From an uncultured Acidobacteriota bacterium (lineage in GTDB: Bacteria > Acidobacteriota > Thermoanaerobaculia > Multivoradales > UBA5704), in assembly GCA_963700145.1 (NCBI GenBank), contig OY969474.1, forward strand, positions 2,496,001-2,560,000: a stretch of 64,000 nucleotides of DNA, written 5' to 3'. Below are positions 24,139 through 32,212 of this stretch, in pieces. The first letter of the stretch is position 1. The number at the start of each line of letters is the position of its first letter. A program made the translations under genes and the position numbers. The notes under the pieces are model-generated. The model was given only the letters and a program-made list of their open reading frames with translations. It was not told the origin of the DNA and searched no databases.

Positions 24139-24870
24139 CTAGGGCACGACGCCGAACGAGACCAGCTCCAGGCTCTCGTCCTTGACGATCCCGACGCCGG
24201 GGCAGAAGACCTTGACGTCCACCGCGTTGGGGTTGCTGGAGAGCGGGTTGGTCTCGTCGATCTGCACGCACTCGGTGAAGATGCCGGCCGGGACCGACAC
24301 CGCGAACCCCATGCGCGCGTTCTCGCCGCGGTCCTCGGCGTCGTCCGGGGCCTGCTCCTGGAAGTAGCGCGCGCCGAGCAGGAAGCTGCCGGGCATGAGG
24401 AGCCCGGGCTGGGCGCCGTCCACGCCGGCGCGCCAGGCGCCCTCGTGGTCGACCAGCACGCCGTCCTCGTAGTTGTCCACCTCTTCGCCGAAGTAGAAGA
24501 TGTTGCTCGTCTGGACGCAGCGGGCGACCCAGTTGCGCGACACCTCGACGATCTCGCCGTCCTCGAACTCCCGCTCCTCCATCACCCGGGTGACGACCGT
24601 CAGCGGCTTGCCCTTGGCGGTGGTGAAGTGGATCGTCTCCAGCTGGTGCAGCATGGTGACCTCCGCCCGGATCTCCGTGCCGTCCTCCTCGCCCTCCAGC
24701 ACCTGCTGGCGGCCGGGACGCAAGCTCATGTAGGGGTTCTCCCGCCCCCAGGCCGACCAGGTGCAGTCCTCGATGCGGAAGTCGGTGGTGAACTCGTCCG
24801 CGCCGAGGGCGGCCTGCGGCAGGGCGAGGGCGGCCGCCAGGGTCAAAGCCAGTCCGATGCTCGTTCTCAT
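24139..24870 (-). CDS. Secreted hypothetical protein (FYFGEEVD...GAWRAGVDGAQPG motif)
   Basis: SD AGGAGG, ATG 24870, signal peptide MRTSIGLALTLAAALALPQAALG; beta-rich mature domain. Confidence 0.82.
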   Translation of the reverse strand: MRTSIGLALTLAAALALPQAALGADEFTTDFRIEDCTWSAWGRENPYMSLRPGRQQVLEGEEDGTEIRAEVTMLHQLETIHFTTAKGKPLTVVTRVMEEREFEDGEIVEVSRNWVARCVQTSNIFYFGEEVDNYEDGVLVDHEGAWRAGVDGAQPGLLMPGSFLLGARYFQEQAPDDAEDRGENARMGFAVSVPAGIFTECVQIDETNPLSSNPNAVDVKVFCPGVGIVKDESLELVSFGVVP

Positions 24871-24933
24871 GGGTGGATTCCTCCTCTCTGCGCGGTTGGA
24901 CGCGCGGAGCGGCGGAATCCTTCGCGGGGGCGG

Positions 24934-24959
24934 AAAACGCCCGGCACGTAGGCCGGGCG
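24934..24959 (-). terminator. Probable intrinsic terminator of the cox operon
   Basis: 8-bp stem CGCCCGGC/GCCGGGCG with 6-nt loop, followed by TTTT on the minus strand, right after the subunit II stop. Confidence 0.6.
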
Positions 24960-25796
24960 CTACGGAGCGGGCGTAGGGGCGGCGGCCGGGGCCGCCGGCG
25001 GGGCCGGCGGCTTGGGGGCGGCGCCGGCGAGCCAGGCCTGGTAGCCGGCGGCGTCGTGGACGGTGAAGAAGCCCTTCATCCGGTAGTGGGAGAGGCCGCA
25101 GAGCTGAGCGCAGGCGATCTCCCAGCAGTCCATCGTCTTGGCGCAGCCGCCGGCGAGGGTCGCCTCGGGCGGGGTCACCGTCGTGGGGGTGAAGTGGACG
25201 GGGATCTCGATCCCCGGGACGGCGTCCTGCTTGACCCGCATGGTGGGCAGGAAGAAGCTGTGGATCACGTCCTTCGAGGAGAGGCGGATGTAGGCCGGGC
25301 GGCCGACCTCGAGGTGGAGCTGGTTGATCGTCGTGACGTCGTCGGCCGCCGCCGGGTCGTTCCTGTCGATCCCCAGCGGGTTGGTGCCGGTCGAGATGAG
25401 CTTGACGTCGGTGCGCCCGAAGCGGCCGTCGGCCCCGGGGTAGTGAATGTTCCAGGCGAACTGCTCCCCCACCACCCGCACCTCGATCGCCCGCTGCCGC
25501 TCCTCGGGGCTCAGCGCCGACACCCGCCGCGCCCACATCGGCACCGCGAAGCCGATGAGGAGAGCGATCTCGACGATCGCCACCCCGACCTCGCCGTAGG
25601 TCGAGAAATGCCCCTTGGCGCCGGCGTAGCGCGCCGTCTGCTGCCGCCCGCCGCGGAAGCGGACCAGCGCCACCAGGAAGTAGATGGACCAGCCGACGAA
25701 CAGGATGGCCATCACCCAGTGGACGAGGCCGGTCAGGAAGTCGAGCTCCCCGCCGTGCGCCGAGCCGTTGAACGGCAGGTTGAGATATCTCTCCAT
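24960..25796 (-). CDS. coxB: Cytochrome c oxidase subunit II (CuA; no fused cytochrome c)
   Basis: Two TMs, EQFAWNIHY, SKDVIHSF, KQDAVPG, CuA motif CAQLCGLSHYRM. Confidence 0.93.
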   Translation of the reverse strand: MERYLNLPFNGSAHGGELDFLTGLVHWVMAILFVGWSIYFLVALVRFRGGRQQTARYAGAKGHFSTYGEVGVAIVEIALLIGFAVPMWARRVSALSPEERQRAIEVRVVGEQFAWNIHYPGADGRFGRTDVKLISTGTNPLGIDRNDPAAADDVTTINQLHLEVGRPAYIRLSSKDVIHSFFLPTMRVKQDAVPGIEIPVHFTPTTVTPPEATLAGGCAKTMDCWEIACAQLCGLSHYRMKGFFTVHDAAGYQAWLAGAAPKPPAPPAAPAAAPTPAP

Positions 25797-26009
25797 CTAG
25801 GCTTTCCCCCCTTTGAGCAGGCGCAGCCGGGTGGCCGGCCGGGAGACCCGCTTCGAGCGCTGCCAGAAGTCCCAGAAAAGCTTGCCGAAGCCGACCCACA
25901 TCACCGCCACGATGCCGAGCAGGAAGAGGATGGCGTTGTTCATGCCGCCGACGATCGGCGAGTCGGCGGCGCCGAAGCAGGTGGCGCAGGCGGCGGCCCA
26001 GCCGGTCAC
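25797..26009 (-). CDS. Small single-TM protein with N-terminal CxxC (ACATCFG), inside the cox operon
   Basis: Abuts coxB; contains the coxB SD (AAAGGGGGGAAAG) at its 3' end. Confidence 0.7.
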   Translation of the reverse strand: MTGWAAACATCFGAADSPIVGGMNNAILFLLGIVAVMWVGFGKLFWDFWQRSKRVSRPATRLRLLKGGKA

Positions 26010-26010
26010 C

Positions 26011-26229
26011 TCACTCCTCCTCCGGCGCGATGCGGCGGAGCTTGTCGCGCACCCGCAGGCCGTAGACGGCGAGCACCGCGGCGACGGCGAAGAAGACGAT
26101 CCCCATCCCCAGCTCCGTGCCGGCGCCCGAGGCGCGCCAGGCGCCGATCCCCCACACCCCCACCCACGCCGACAGCAGCACCGAGGCGGCGATGAAGAAG
26201 AGGTGGAAGGTGCGCAGTGAGAGCGGCAT
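26011..26229 (-). CDS. Small two-TM protein (LRTFHLFFI), inside the cox operon
   Basis: Tightly packed between subunit IV and the CxxC gene. Confidence 0.72.
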   Translation of the reverse strand: MPLSLRTFHLFFIAASVLLSAWVGVWGIGAWRASGAGTELGMGIVFFAVAAVLAVYGLRVRDKLRRIAPEEE

Positions 26230-26235
26230 CGCGCG

Positions 26236-26553
26236 CTAGCCGCCTCCGGGCCGGACGCCGATGGTGTCCCCTTCGGTGCCCAGGGGGACGATCATCAGGA
26301 CGATGAAGAAGACCACCGTCAGCGCCAGCAGCCAGTAGATGACCCGTCGTTCGTCGAGCAGGTGCATGAAGTAGCCGGCCACCAGAGACCCCTTGACGAC
26401 CGCGATAAGCAAAGCCACCGCAACTGTCATGCCCGGGCCGAGCTGCAGGCGGCTCGCCGCCACCGTCACCACCGTCAGCACCGCCAGCGCCGCGAAGACC
26501 AGCACGTAGGTGCGGGTCTGCCGCCGGATCGCCTCCACGTCGTGTCCGCTCAT
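26236..26553 (-). CDS. Cytochrome c oxidase subunit IV (CtaF/caa3-type)
   Basis: YVLVFAALAVLTVVTV, IAVVKGSLVAGYFMHL. Confidence 0.9.
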   Translation of the reverse strand: MSGHDVEAIRRQTRTYVLVFAALAVLTVVTVAASRLQLGPGMTVAVALLIAVVKGSLVAGYFMHLLDERRVIYWLLALTVVFFIVLMIVPLGTEGDTIGVRPGGG

Positions 26554-26572
26554 CGCGCCTCCGTCGCCTCCG

Positions 26573-27163
26573 TCAGAGCAAATACAACGTCGGGAACAGA
26601 AAGATCCACACCAAGTCCACGAAGTGCCAGTACAGGCCGGCCACCTCGATGCGGTTGGCGAAGCGCTCGGGATCGCGCTTCCAGAGCTTCGCGCCGGGAC
26701 CCCAGAAGTAGCCGTTGACGATCATCCCGCCGAGCACGTGCAGGCCGTGCAGGCCGGTCAACGTGAAGTAGATGGCGAGGAAGGTGTTGGTCGACGGGTA
26801 GAGGTGGTGCTCGAACTTGGTGCCATACTCGACGGCCTTGACGATCATGAAGCCGAACCCGGCCAGGATCGTCAGCCCCATGTAGAGCCGGTACTTCTTG
26901 AAGTCGCCGAGCTTGAGCGAGGCCCACGACATGACCATCGTCACCGACGAGCCGATGAGGATGAGCGTGTTGAGGGTGGCGAGCCAGACGTTGAGGTACT
27001 CGGAGCCGTGCGGCCAGCTCGCGGCGCCGGTGCGCAGCAGCACGTAGGAGGAGAAGAGGGCGCCGAAGAGCATCACCTCGGAGGCCAGGAAGAGCCAGAT
27101 CCCGAGCTTGGCGTTGTAGAGGCCGGTGTCCGGCCGCGGCTCGACGGTATAGGGGATCTGCAT
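26573..27163 (-). CDS. ctaE: Cytochrome c oxidase subunit III (short, 5-TM type)
   Basis: GIWLFLASEVMLFGALF, NTLILIGSS, TGLHGLHV, YWHFVDLVW. Confidence 0.94.
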   Translation of the reverse strand: MQIPYTVEPRPDTGLYNAKLGIWLFLASEVMLFGALFSSYVLLRTGAASWPHGSEYLNVWLATLNTLILIGSSVTMVMSWASLKLGDFKKYRLYMGLTILAGFGFMIVKAVEYGTKFEHHLYPSTNTFLAIYFTLTGLHGLHVLGGMIVNGYFWGPGAKLWKRDPERFANRIEVAGLYWHFVDLVWIFLFPTLYLL

Positions 27164-27166
27164 GGC

Positions 27167-28948
27167 TCAGGCCGCCTCTTCGTCGGCGTCGCCGTTCTGC
27201 GTCAGATAGGCGGCGGGCGCCTCCGGGACGCTGTACTCGTAGGGGCCGCGCACCACCGTCGGCACGTGCGCGAAGTTGCCGTGCGGGATCGGCGGCGAGG
27301 GGGCGGCGGCCCACTCCAGGGTCGTCGCCTCCCAGTGGTTGTCGGCCACGCGCTTGCCCTTCGCCATGCTCCAGAAGAAGTTGATGATGAAGGGGATCTG
27401 CGACAGGCCCAGGCACCAGGCCGAGACCGACATCACCTCGTTGAGCCAGAGCACGTCCTGGGCGTGCGCGTACTGCTGGCCGCCGTCGTAGAGGCGGCGC
27501 GAGACCCCGGCCAGCCCCTGCCAGAACATCGGCATGAAGACGCCGTTGATGAACAGGAACGAGGGCCAGAAGTGGATCTTCCCCAGCAGCTCGTTCATCT
27601 TCTTGCCGGTCACCTTGGGGAACCAGTAGTAGATGCCGGCGAACATGGCGAAGATCGTCCCCGGCGCCACGACGTAGTGGAAGTGGCCGATGACGTAGTA
27701 GGTGTCGTGGAGGTGGATGTCGGCGGCGGCGAGCCCCAGCGGCAGCCCGGTGAGGCCGCCGATGCCGAACATCGGCAGGAAGGCGAGGGCGAAGAGCATC
27801 GGCGTGTTGAAGCGGATCGAGCCCCCCCAGAGCGACAGGAAGAGGGCCGAGAGGATGATCACCGAGGGGATCGAGATGATCATCGTCGTGGTCTGGAAGA
27901 AGGTCGAGATCGCCGTTCCCATGCCGGTCAGGAACATGTGGTGGGACCAGACGATGAACGACATGAAGCCGACGAAAATCAGCGAGTAGACCATCGAGCG
28001 GTAGCCGTAGAGCGGCTTCCGCGTGTTGTTGGTGATGACCTCGGCGACGATGCCGAAGGCGGGGAGGATGAGGACGTAGACCTCGGGGTGGGCGAGGAAC
28101 CAGAAGAGGTGCTGCCAGAGCAGCGGGCTGCCGCCGCCGGCGACCTCGAGGGCCTTGCCCGAGATGACCAGCCCCTCCGGCAGGAAGAAGCTGGTGCCGG
28201 CCACGCGGTCCATGAACTGGAGGATCGCCGCGGCCTGCAGGGCCGGGAAGGCGAGGAGCAGCAGGAACGAGGTCACGAACTGCGCCCAGACGAAGAACGG
28301 CAGCCGGAACCAGGTGAGGCCCGGGGCGCGGAGCTGGATGATGGTGACCAGGAAGTTGGTGGCGCCGAGCAGCGAGGAGAAGATCAGGAAGAGCATGCCG
28401 ACCAGCCACCAGGTCTGGCCGGCGGTGGCGATGTTGGAGAGCGGCGGGTAGGAGGTCCAGCCCGAGTTGGCGGCCCCGCCCGGCGCGAAGAAGCTCGCCA
28501 GCATGACCACCCCGCCCACGAAGTAGAACCAGTAGCTCGCCATGTTGAGCTTGGGGAAGGCCATGTCGGGGGCGCCGATCTGCAGCGGCACGACGTAGTT
28601 GCCGAAGGCGCCGACGGCGAGCGGCACGATGCCCAAGAAGACCATGATCGTGCCGTGCATAGCCCCGAGCTGGTTGTAGAACTCGGGGAGCATGATGCCG
28701 CCGGTGGCCTGGCCCTCGCCGAGCAGCCCGCCGATCAGCGGCAGCGGCTTGCCTGGGTAGGCGAGCTGCCAGCGCATCATCATCATCAGGCTGAAGCCGA
28801 AGAGCAGGAAGGTGAGGGCGGTGAAACCGTACTGGATGCCGATCACCTTGTGGTCCTGCGAGAAGACGTACTTCCGCCAGAAGCTGGGCTCGTCGTGGTG
28901 GGCGGCGTCGTGCGCGTGCCCGCCCCGTTCCTCGACCAGTGCACTCAT
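27167..28948 (-). CDS. ctaD: Cytochrome c oxidase subunit I (A-family heme-copper oxidase)
   Basis: DHKVIG, MHGTIM, PDMAFPKLN, GWTSYPPL, HPEVY, WSHHM, HDTYYVIGHFHY, RR. ATG 28948 with SD AGAGGAG. Confidence 0.96.
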   Translation of the reverse strand: MSALVEERGGHAHDAAHHDEPSFWRKYVFSQDHKVIGIQYGFTALTFLLFGFSLMMMMRWQLAYPGKPLPLIGGLLGEGQATGGIMLPEFYNQLGAMHGTIMVFLGIVPLAVGAFGNYVVPLQIGAPDMAFPKLNMASYWFYFVGGVVMLASFFAPGGAANSGWTSYPPLSNIATAGQTWWLVGMLFLIFSSLLGATNFLVTIIQLRAPGLTWFRLPFFVWAQFVTSFLLLLAFPALQAAAILQFMDRVAGTSFFLPEGLVISGKALEVAGGGSPLLWQHLFWFLAHPEVYVLILPAFGIVAEVITNNTRKPLYGYRSMVYSLIFVGFMSFIVWSHHMFLTGMGTAISTFFQTTTMIISIPSVIILSALFLSLWGGSIRFNTPMLFALAFLPMFGIGGLTGLPLGLAAADIHLHDTYYVIGHFHYVVAPGTIFAMFAGIYYWFPKVTGKKMNELLGKIHFWPSFLFINGVFMPMFWQGLAGVSRRLYDGGQQYAHAQDVLWLNEVMSVSAWCLGLSQIPFIINFFWSMAKGKRVADNHWEATTLEWAAAPSPPIPHGNFAHVPTVVRGPYEYSVPEAPAAYLTQNGDADEEAA

Positions 28949-29142
28949 GCGGCCTTCTCCTCTTGGGGGAGCCTCGAAACCCGCGGGAGTGTATGGGAGG
29001 CGCGGAGGGCGGGGCAAGGGTCTGGGCTGCTGAGCTCCGCAGCGCAGCTGGAGGCCACCAACTCTCCCTTAGCGCCCGAGCGATGCCACCTTCCGCACAG
29101 TTTGCGCACCGCCTCCACCATTCGCTTAAAAAGGCGGCCTCC

Positions 29143-29151
29143 TGCTATACT
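29143..29151 (+). promoter_or_regulatory. Candidate extended -10 element TGCTATACT
   Basis: TGn+TATACT in the divergent intergenic region upstream of 29284; no clear -35. Confidence 0.3.
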
Positions 29152-29283
29152 GGCCTTAACCTGGCGTCGAGACTCGAGGACGTAGAAACCCGCTGCTCGG
29201 GGGGCATGCATTGTCTGCACTGCCTTTTGCTCCCGGTAAGCCTGCATCGTCGGTGCTGGACGCTAGGTAGATAAGGGATCGCA

Positions 29284-30894
29284 ATGTTGCCAAACCGTGC
29301 CTCTCTCTTTCTAGTTTGTACGCTCGCCTTGCTCGCAGCTCTGACACAGCTCCCTCAGCTAACTTCACGTTTACGCCTGACTCCGACGAGCCCCAGCGTC
29401 CAGGCGACGACCGCCGACACTTGGCGCAAGCTTCGGTGGCTTGATGAGAACGGGCGAATCCAGCCTGCGCTGGTGATGCAAGCCCAGGCCCAGGACTTTA
29501 TGAACCGGAACCGGGCGAGTTCCACACTCGCTACGAGCGGTCGCGGAGTCGCGGGGATCCATCCTGCGTTCTGGCAGCCGCGAGGCCCGTTGTCGATCCC
29601 CGGCATCGCACGCCATCTCTACGTCGATCCTGCCGACCCCAAAAAGCTCCTGGCCTACTTGGGTGGCGCCGGCCTCTTCCGCACCGAGGACATGGGGCAG
29701 GGATGGACATCACCTCAGCGGCTCTCTCTGCCCGGCATCCTCGTCATCGGCATCGCCTATCCGCCGGCACCGGGCTTACCGATGTACGTCACCGGAGGAT
29801 GTTGTCCGGGAGTGGCCAGTCTGCTGCGCTCCGACGACCTCGGGCATACCTTCCGCACGCTTCACACGACTGACTCAGATCTCTATCTAGCGACCGACCC
29901 AGTGGTGACGAGCGATGGCAAGGCGCTCCTTGTGTTCGGCGCTCGCCGCCAAGACCCTTTTCCGGCGCTCCTCCGCAGTACCGACGGCGGGAAAAACTTC
30001 TCGCGCGTCCTTGGGGGAACACTCACCCCAAGGGCCGAGTGGGCCACCCCGCTGGCCGCTCACCCCACAGACCCAGGCCGCGTTGTCGCTCTTCGCCTGA
30101 CTTTTGCCCACGATGCCGAACCGCCCTCGAATTCGCTGCATACTTCGCTCGATGGGGGATTGAATTGGAAGGCCTCCAGCTCGCCCCTTCCGGTCGGTCA
30201 CGCCGTTGCCGCCTTCGCACCTTCAGACTCCAGTTTTCTATACGTCAGCATCGATGAGAGGGTCTATGGCAGCTCCGACGGTGGACTCAGCTTCGAGTAT
30301 CGCGGATCGACGCCGCATTTCAAAGTGCTCGACGGCTGTGTGCTGAATCGTCGCTTCTGGGTTTTCTCTGCCGGCTTGACGAATGTCGAGGTCGAACTGG
30401 TGGTTCACGATAGGACGACGAATGCGTCGAAGCTCTATCGCAGCAGCGGTGGACAACCCTTCCAACCGATTCAGGATACCTTGGCCCTGCCCGGGTGCTC
30501 GGCCCCCACAGAAGACGGGTTCAGTCTCCGGTCGAAAGCTCCTTCGACCAACCTGTCTACCTGTCCCGGCTGTCTACACGATGGGAGATTTAGGCTGTCG
30601 GCGGAGTGGCGCACTTCGGATGGCAAGTTGGGACTAGGTACCTTCATCCCGCTGACCAGCGAGACTGGCTATTTCTGGTTCTTCAGTCCGTCAAATGTCG
30701 AGGCCATCGTCAAGGTTCTGGACGGCTGCGCGCTCAATCGCCGCTTCTGGGTCTTCACCGCCGGACTGACGAACGTCGGCGTAGAACTCACCGTTACGGA
30801 CACCGTGACCGGAAAGACCTGGCGCCACTCAAGTCCCCTGAAGACCGTGTTCCAACCACGCCTTGATACGAGCGCTCTTGCGGTTTGTGAGTAG
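29284..30894 (+). CDS. Secreted BNR/sortilin-type (Asp-box) repeat protein with 1.5 copies of the GYFWFF/KVLDG C-terminal domain; lower GC
   Basis: Signal-like N-terminus; Asp-boxes RTEDMGQGW, RSDDLGHTF, RSTDGGKNF, SLDGGLNW, SSDGGLSF; C-terminal GYFWFFSPSNVEAIVKVLDGCALNRRFWVF. Confidence 0.8.
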   Translation: MLPNRASLFLVCTLALLAALTQLPQLTSRLRLTPTSPSVQATTADTWRKLRWLDENGRIQPALVMQAQAQDFMNRNRASSTLATSGRGVAGIHPAFWQPRGPLSIPGIARHLYVDPADPKKLLAYLGGAGLFRTEDMGQGWTSPQRLSLPGILVIGIAYPPAPGLPMYVTGGCCPGVASLLRSDDLGHTFRTLHTTDSDLYLATDPVVTSDGKALLVFGARRQDPFPALLRSTDGGKNFSRVLGGTLTPRAEWATPLAAHPTDPGRVVALRLTFAHDAEPPSNSLHTSLDGGLNWKASSSPLPVGHAVAAFAPSDSSFLYVSIDERVYGSSDGGLSFEYRGSTPHFKVLDGCVLNRRFWVFSAGLTNVEVELVVHDRTTNASKLYRSSGGQPFQPIQDTLALPGCSAPTEDGFSLRSKAPSTNLSTCPGCLHDGRFRLSAEWRTSDGKLGLGTFIPLTSETGYFWFFSPSNVEAIVKVLDGCALNRRFWVFTAGLTNVGVELTVTDTVTGKTWRHSSPLKTVFQPRLDTSALAVCE

Positions 30895-30990
30895 CCGATC
30901 TTCGCGCTTCGCGGGCGGCCGAAGTCGGGAAGGGACCGCCTAAGAGCCCGCGCGGCGCCAAAACGGCGCGCAAATCGCTCCGGTACGGAG

Positions 30991-31190
30991 ATGGAAGCTC
31001 CGTTATGGTGCCGGGCGCTCCGTTACCGTGCCGGGCACTTCGTCACCGTAACGGGCGCTCCGTCACCGTGCCGGGCGCTCCGTTATCGTACCGGGCGCTC
31101 CGTTATCGTACCGGGCGCTCCGTTACCGTAACGGGCGCTCCGTCACCGTAACGGGCCGTCCATCTCCGAGATGGGCGCTCCGTCTCCGTC
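30991..31190. repeat. Non-coding tandem array, ~10 x 20 bp (consensus CCGGGCGCTCCGTYACCGTR)
   Basis: Units start at 30991, 31011, 31031 ... 31171; period 20 is not a multiple of 3. Confidence 0.93.
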
Positions 31191-31289
31191 GCTGGGCTCC
31201 GGCGTCCGTCACCGTGCCTCGGAAACCGCCGCGGGCCGCGCCAAGCCAATCCGGTCGCAAGGACGCCACACCGGCCGGCACGTAAGCAG

Positions 31290-31359
31290 GGACGTATCAT
31301 CAGCGCACGGCGGGCAACGCGGGGAGCGCGAAGTCGATGAGACTGGAGGTCAGCTATGA
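31290..31359 (+). pseudogene. 3' remnant of a BrnT-like toxin gene
   Basis: One frame reads GRIISARRATR; after a shift at GGGG it reads EREVDETGGQL*, whose stop overlaps the next ATG. RIISAR.AT..ER is the BrnT C-terminal signature. Confidence 0.55.
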
Positions 31360-31670
31360 GTCAGGCAACCAAGCAACGAGTTGAATCCGAAAGGCCGGTG
31401 CGCGTCCTCGGGCGCGGCCTGCGAGCGCAGCGAGGGGTCCACCTCACGTTGCGCACCCTGCGCGAGGCGGCCGGCAAGACGCAGGTCGAAGTCGCCGAAA
31501 CATCTCAGATCAATCAGGCGGACATCTCCCGGCTCGAGAGCCGGGGGAGCTTCGAAGATTGCCAGCTCTCGACGCTGCAGAGATACGTCGCCGCGCTCGG
31601 TGGACAGCTGGAGCTCGTCGCGGCTTTCGGCAACAAGAAGATCGTTCTCGCGGGGGTCCAGAAGCGATGA
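31356..31670 (+). CDS. XRE/HTH_3 transcriptional regulator, antitoxin-like
   Basis: LRTLREAAGKTQVEVAE..INQADISRLE...LSTLQRYVAALGGQLELVAAF; SD GGAGG. Confidence 0.88.
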   Translation: MSQATKQRVESERPVRVLGRGLRAQRGVHLTLRTLREAAGKTQVEVAETSQINQADISRLESRGSFEDCQLSTLQRYVAALGGQLELVAAFGNKKIVLAGVQKR

Positions 31671-32185
31671 AGCGCTCCAAGGCAGCAGGTCTCTTGGCAG
31701 CCGCCGTGGTCCTCGGCGCGTTGGCTCCTCGAACCGGGGCCGAAGAGCCGAAGGATGCGGCGCCGTTCGACGAAGCGAAGGCGATCGAGGGGTTGAAGCT
31801 CCAGATCGCCGGCAAGGAGAAGGAGCCGGCCGGCACCGTCTTCAAGAACGTCCAGGTCTTGGGCGCCGTCCCGGCCGGCAGGCTCCTGGGGATCATGCAG
31901 ATCGGCTACGCGCGGTCGCTGGGGGTGACGTGCACGCACTGTCATGTCGCGGGCGACTGGGCGGCGGACGACAACGCGCACAAGCGCATCGCGCGCCAGA
32001 TGTCGCTGATGACGCGCGAGCTCAACGAGAAGCTCCTGCCCGCGATCCCCGAGCTGGCCGGGAAGGAGCCGCGGGTCAACTGCACGACCTGCCATCGGGG
32101 TCAAGAGAAGCCGGCGCTCTCGCTCGAGGAGGAGCCCGCCGTGAGACCGCCGGCGGGCGTGGGAAGGGGCGTACCCGGAAGGTAG
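31667..32185 (+). CDS. Periplasmic diheme c-type cytochrome (reaction-centre cytochrome c/PufC-like domain)
   Basis: Signal peptide; FKNVQVL, M...SLGVTCTHCH, ARQMSLMT, VNCTTCHRG. ATG 31667 overlaps the XRE stop. Confidence 0.85.
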   Translation: MKRSKAAGLLAAAVVLGALAPRTGAEEPKDAAPFDEAKAIEGLKLQIAGKEKEPAGTVFKNVQVLGAVPAGRLLGIMQIGYARSLGVTCTHCHVAGDWAADDNAHKRIARQMSLMTRELNEKLLPAIPELAGKEPRVNCTTCHRGQEKPALSLEEEPAVRPPAGVGRGVPGR

Positions 32186-32212
32186 GATTCAGGCATCCAA
32201 GGGAGATCCGCC

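Noticed and set aside
30991-31190. CRISPR array
   Set aside because: Units are contiguous with no unique spacers, and no cas genes are in the window.
31667-32185. Photosynthesis inferred from a PufC-like cytochrome
   Set aside because: Only two hemes and no reaction-centre or bacteriochlorophyll genes nearby; the domain also occurs in non-phototrophs.
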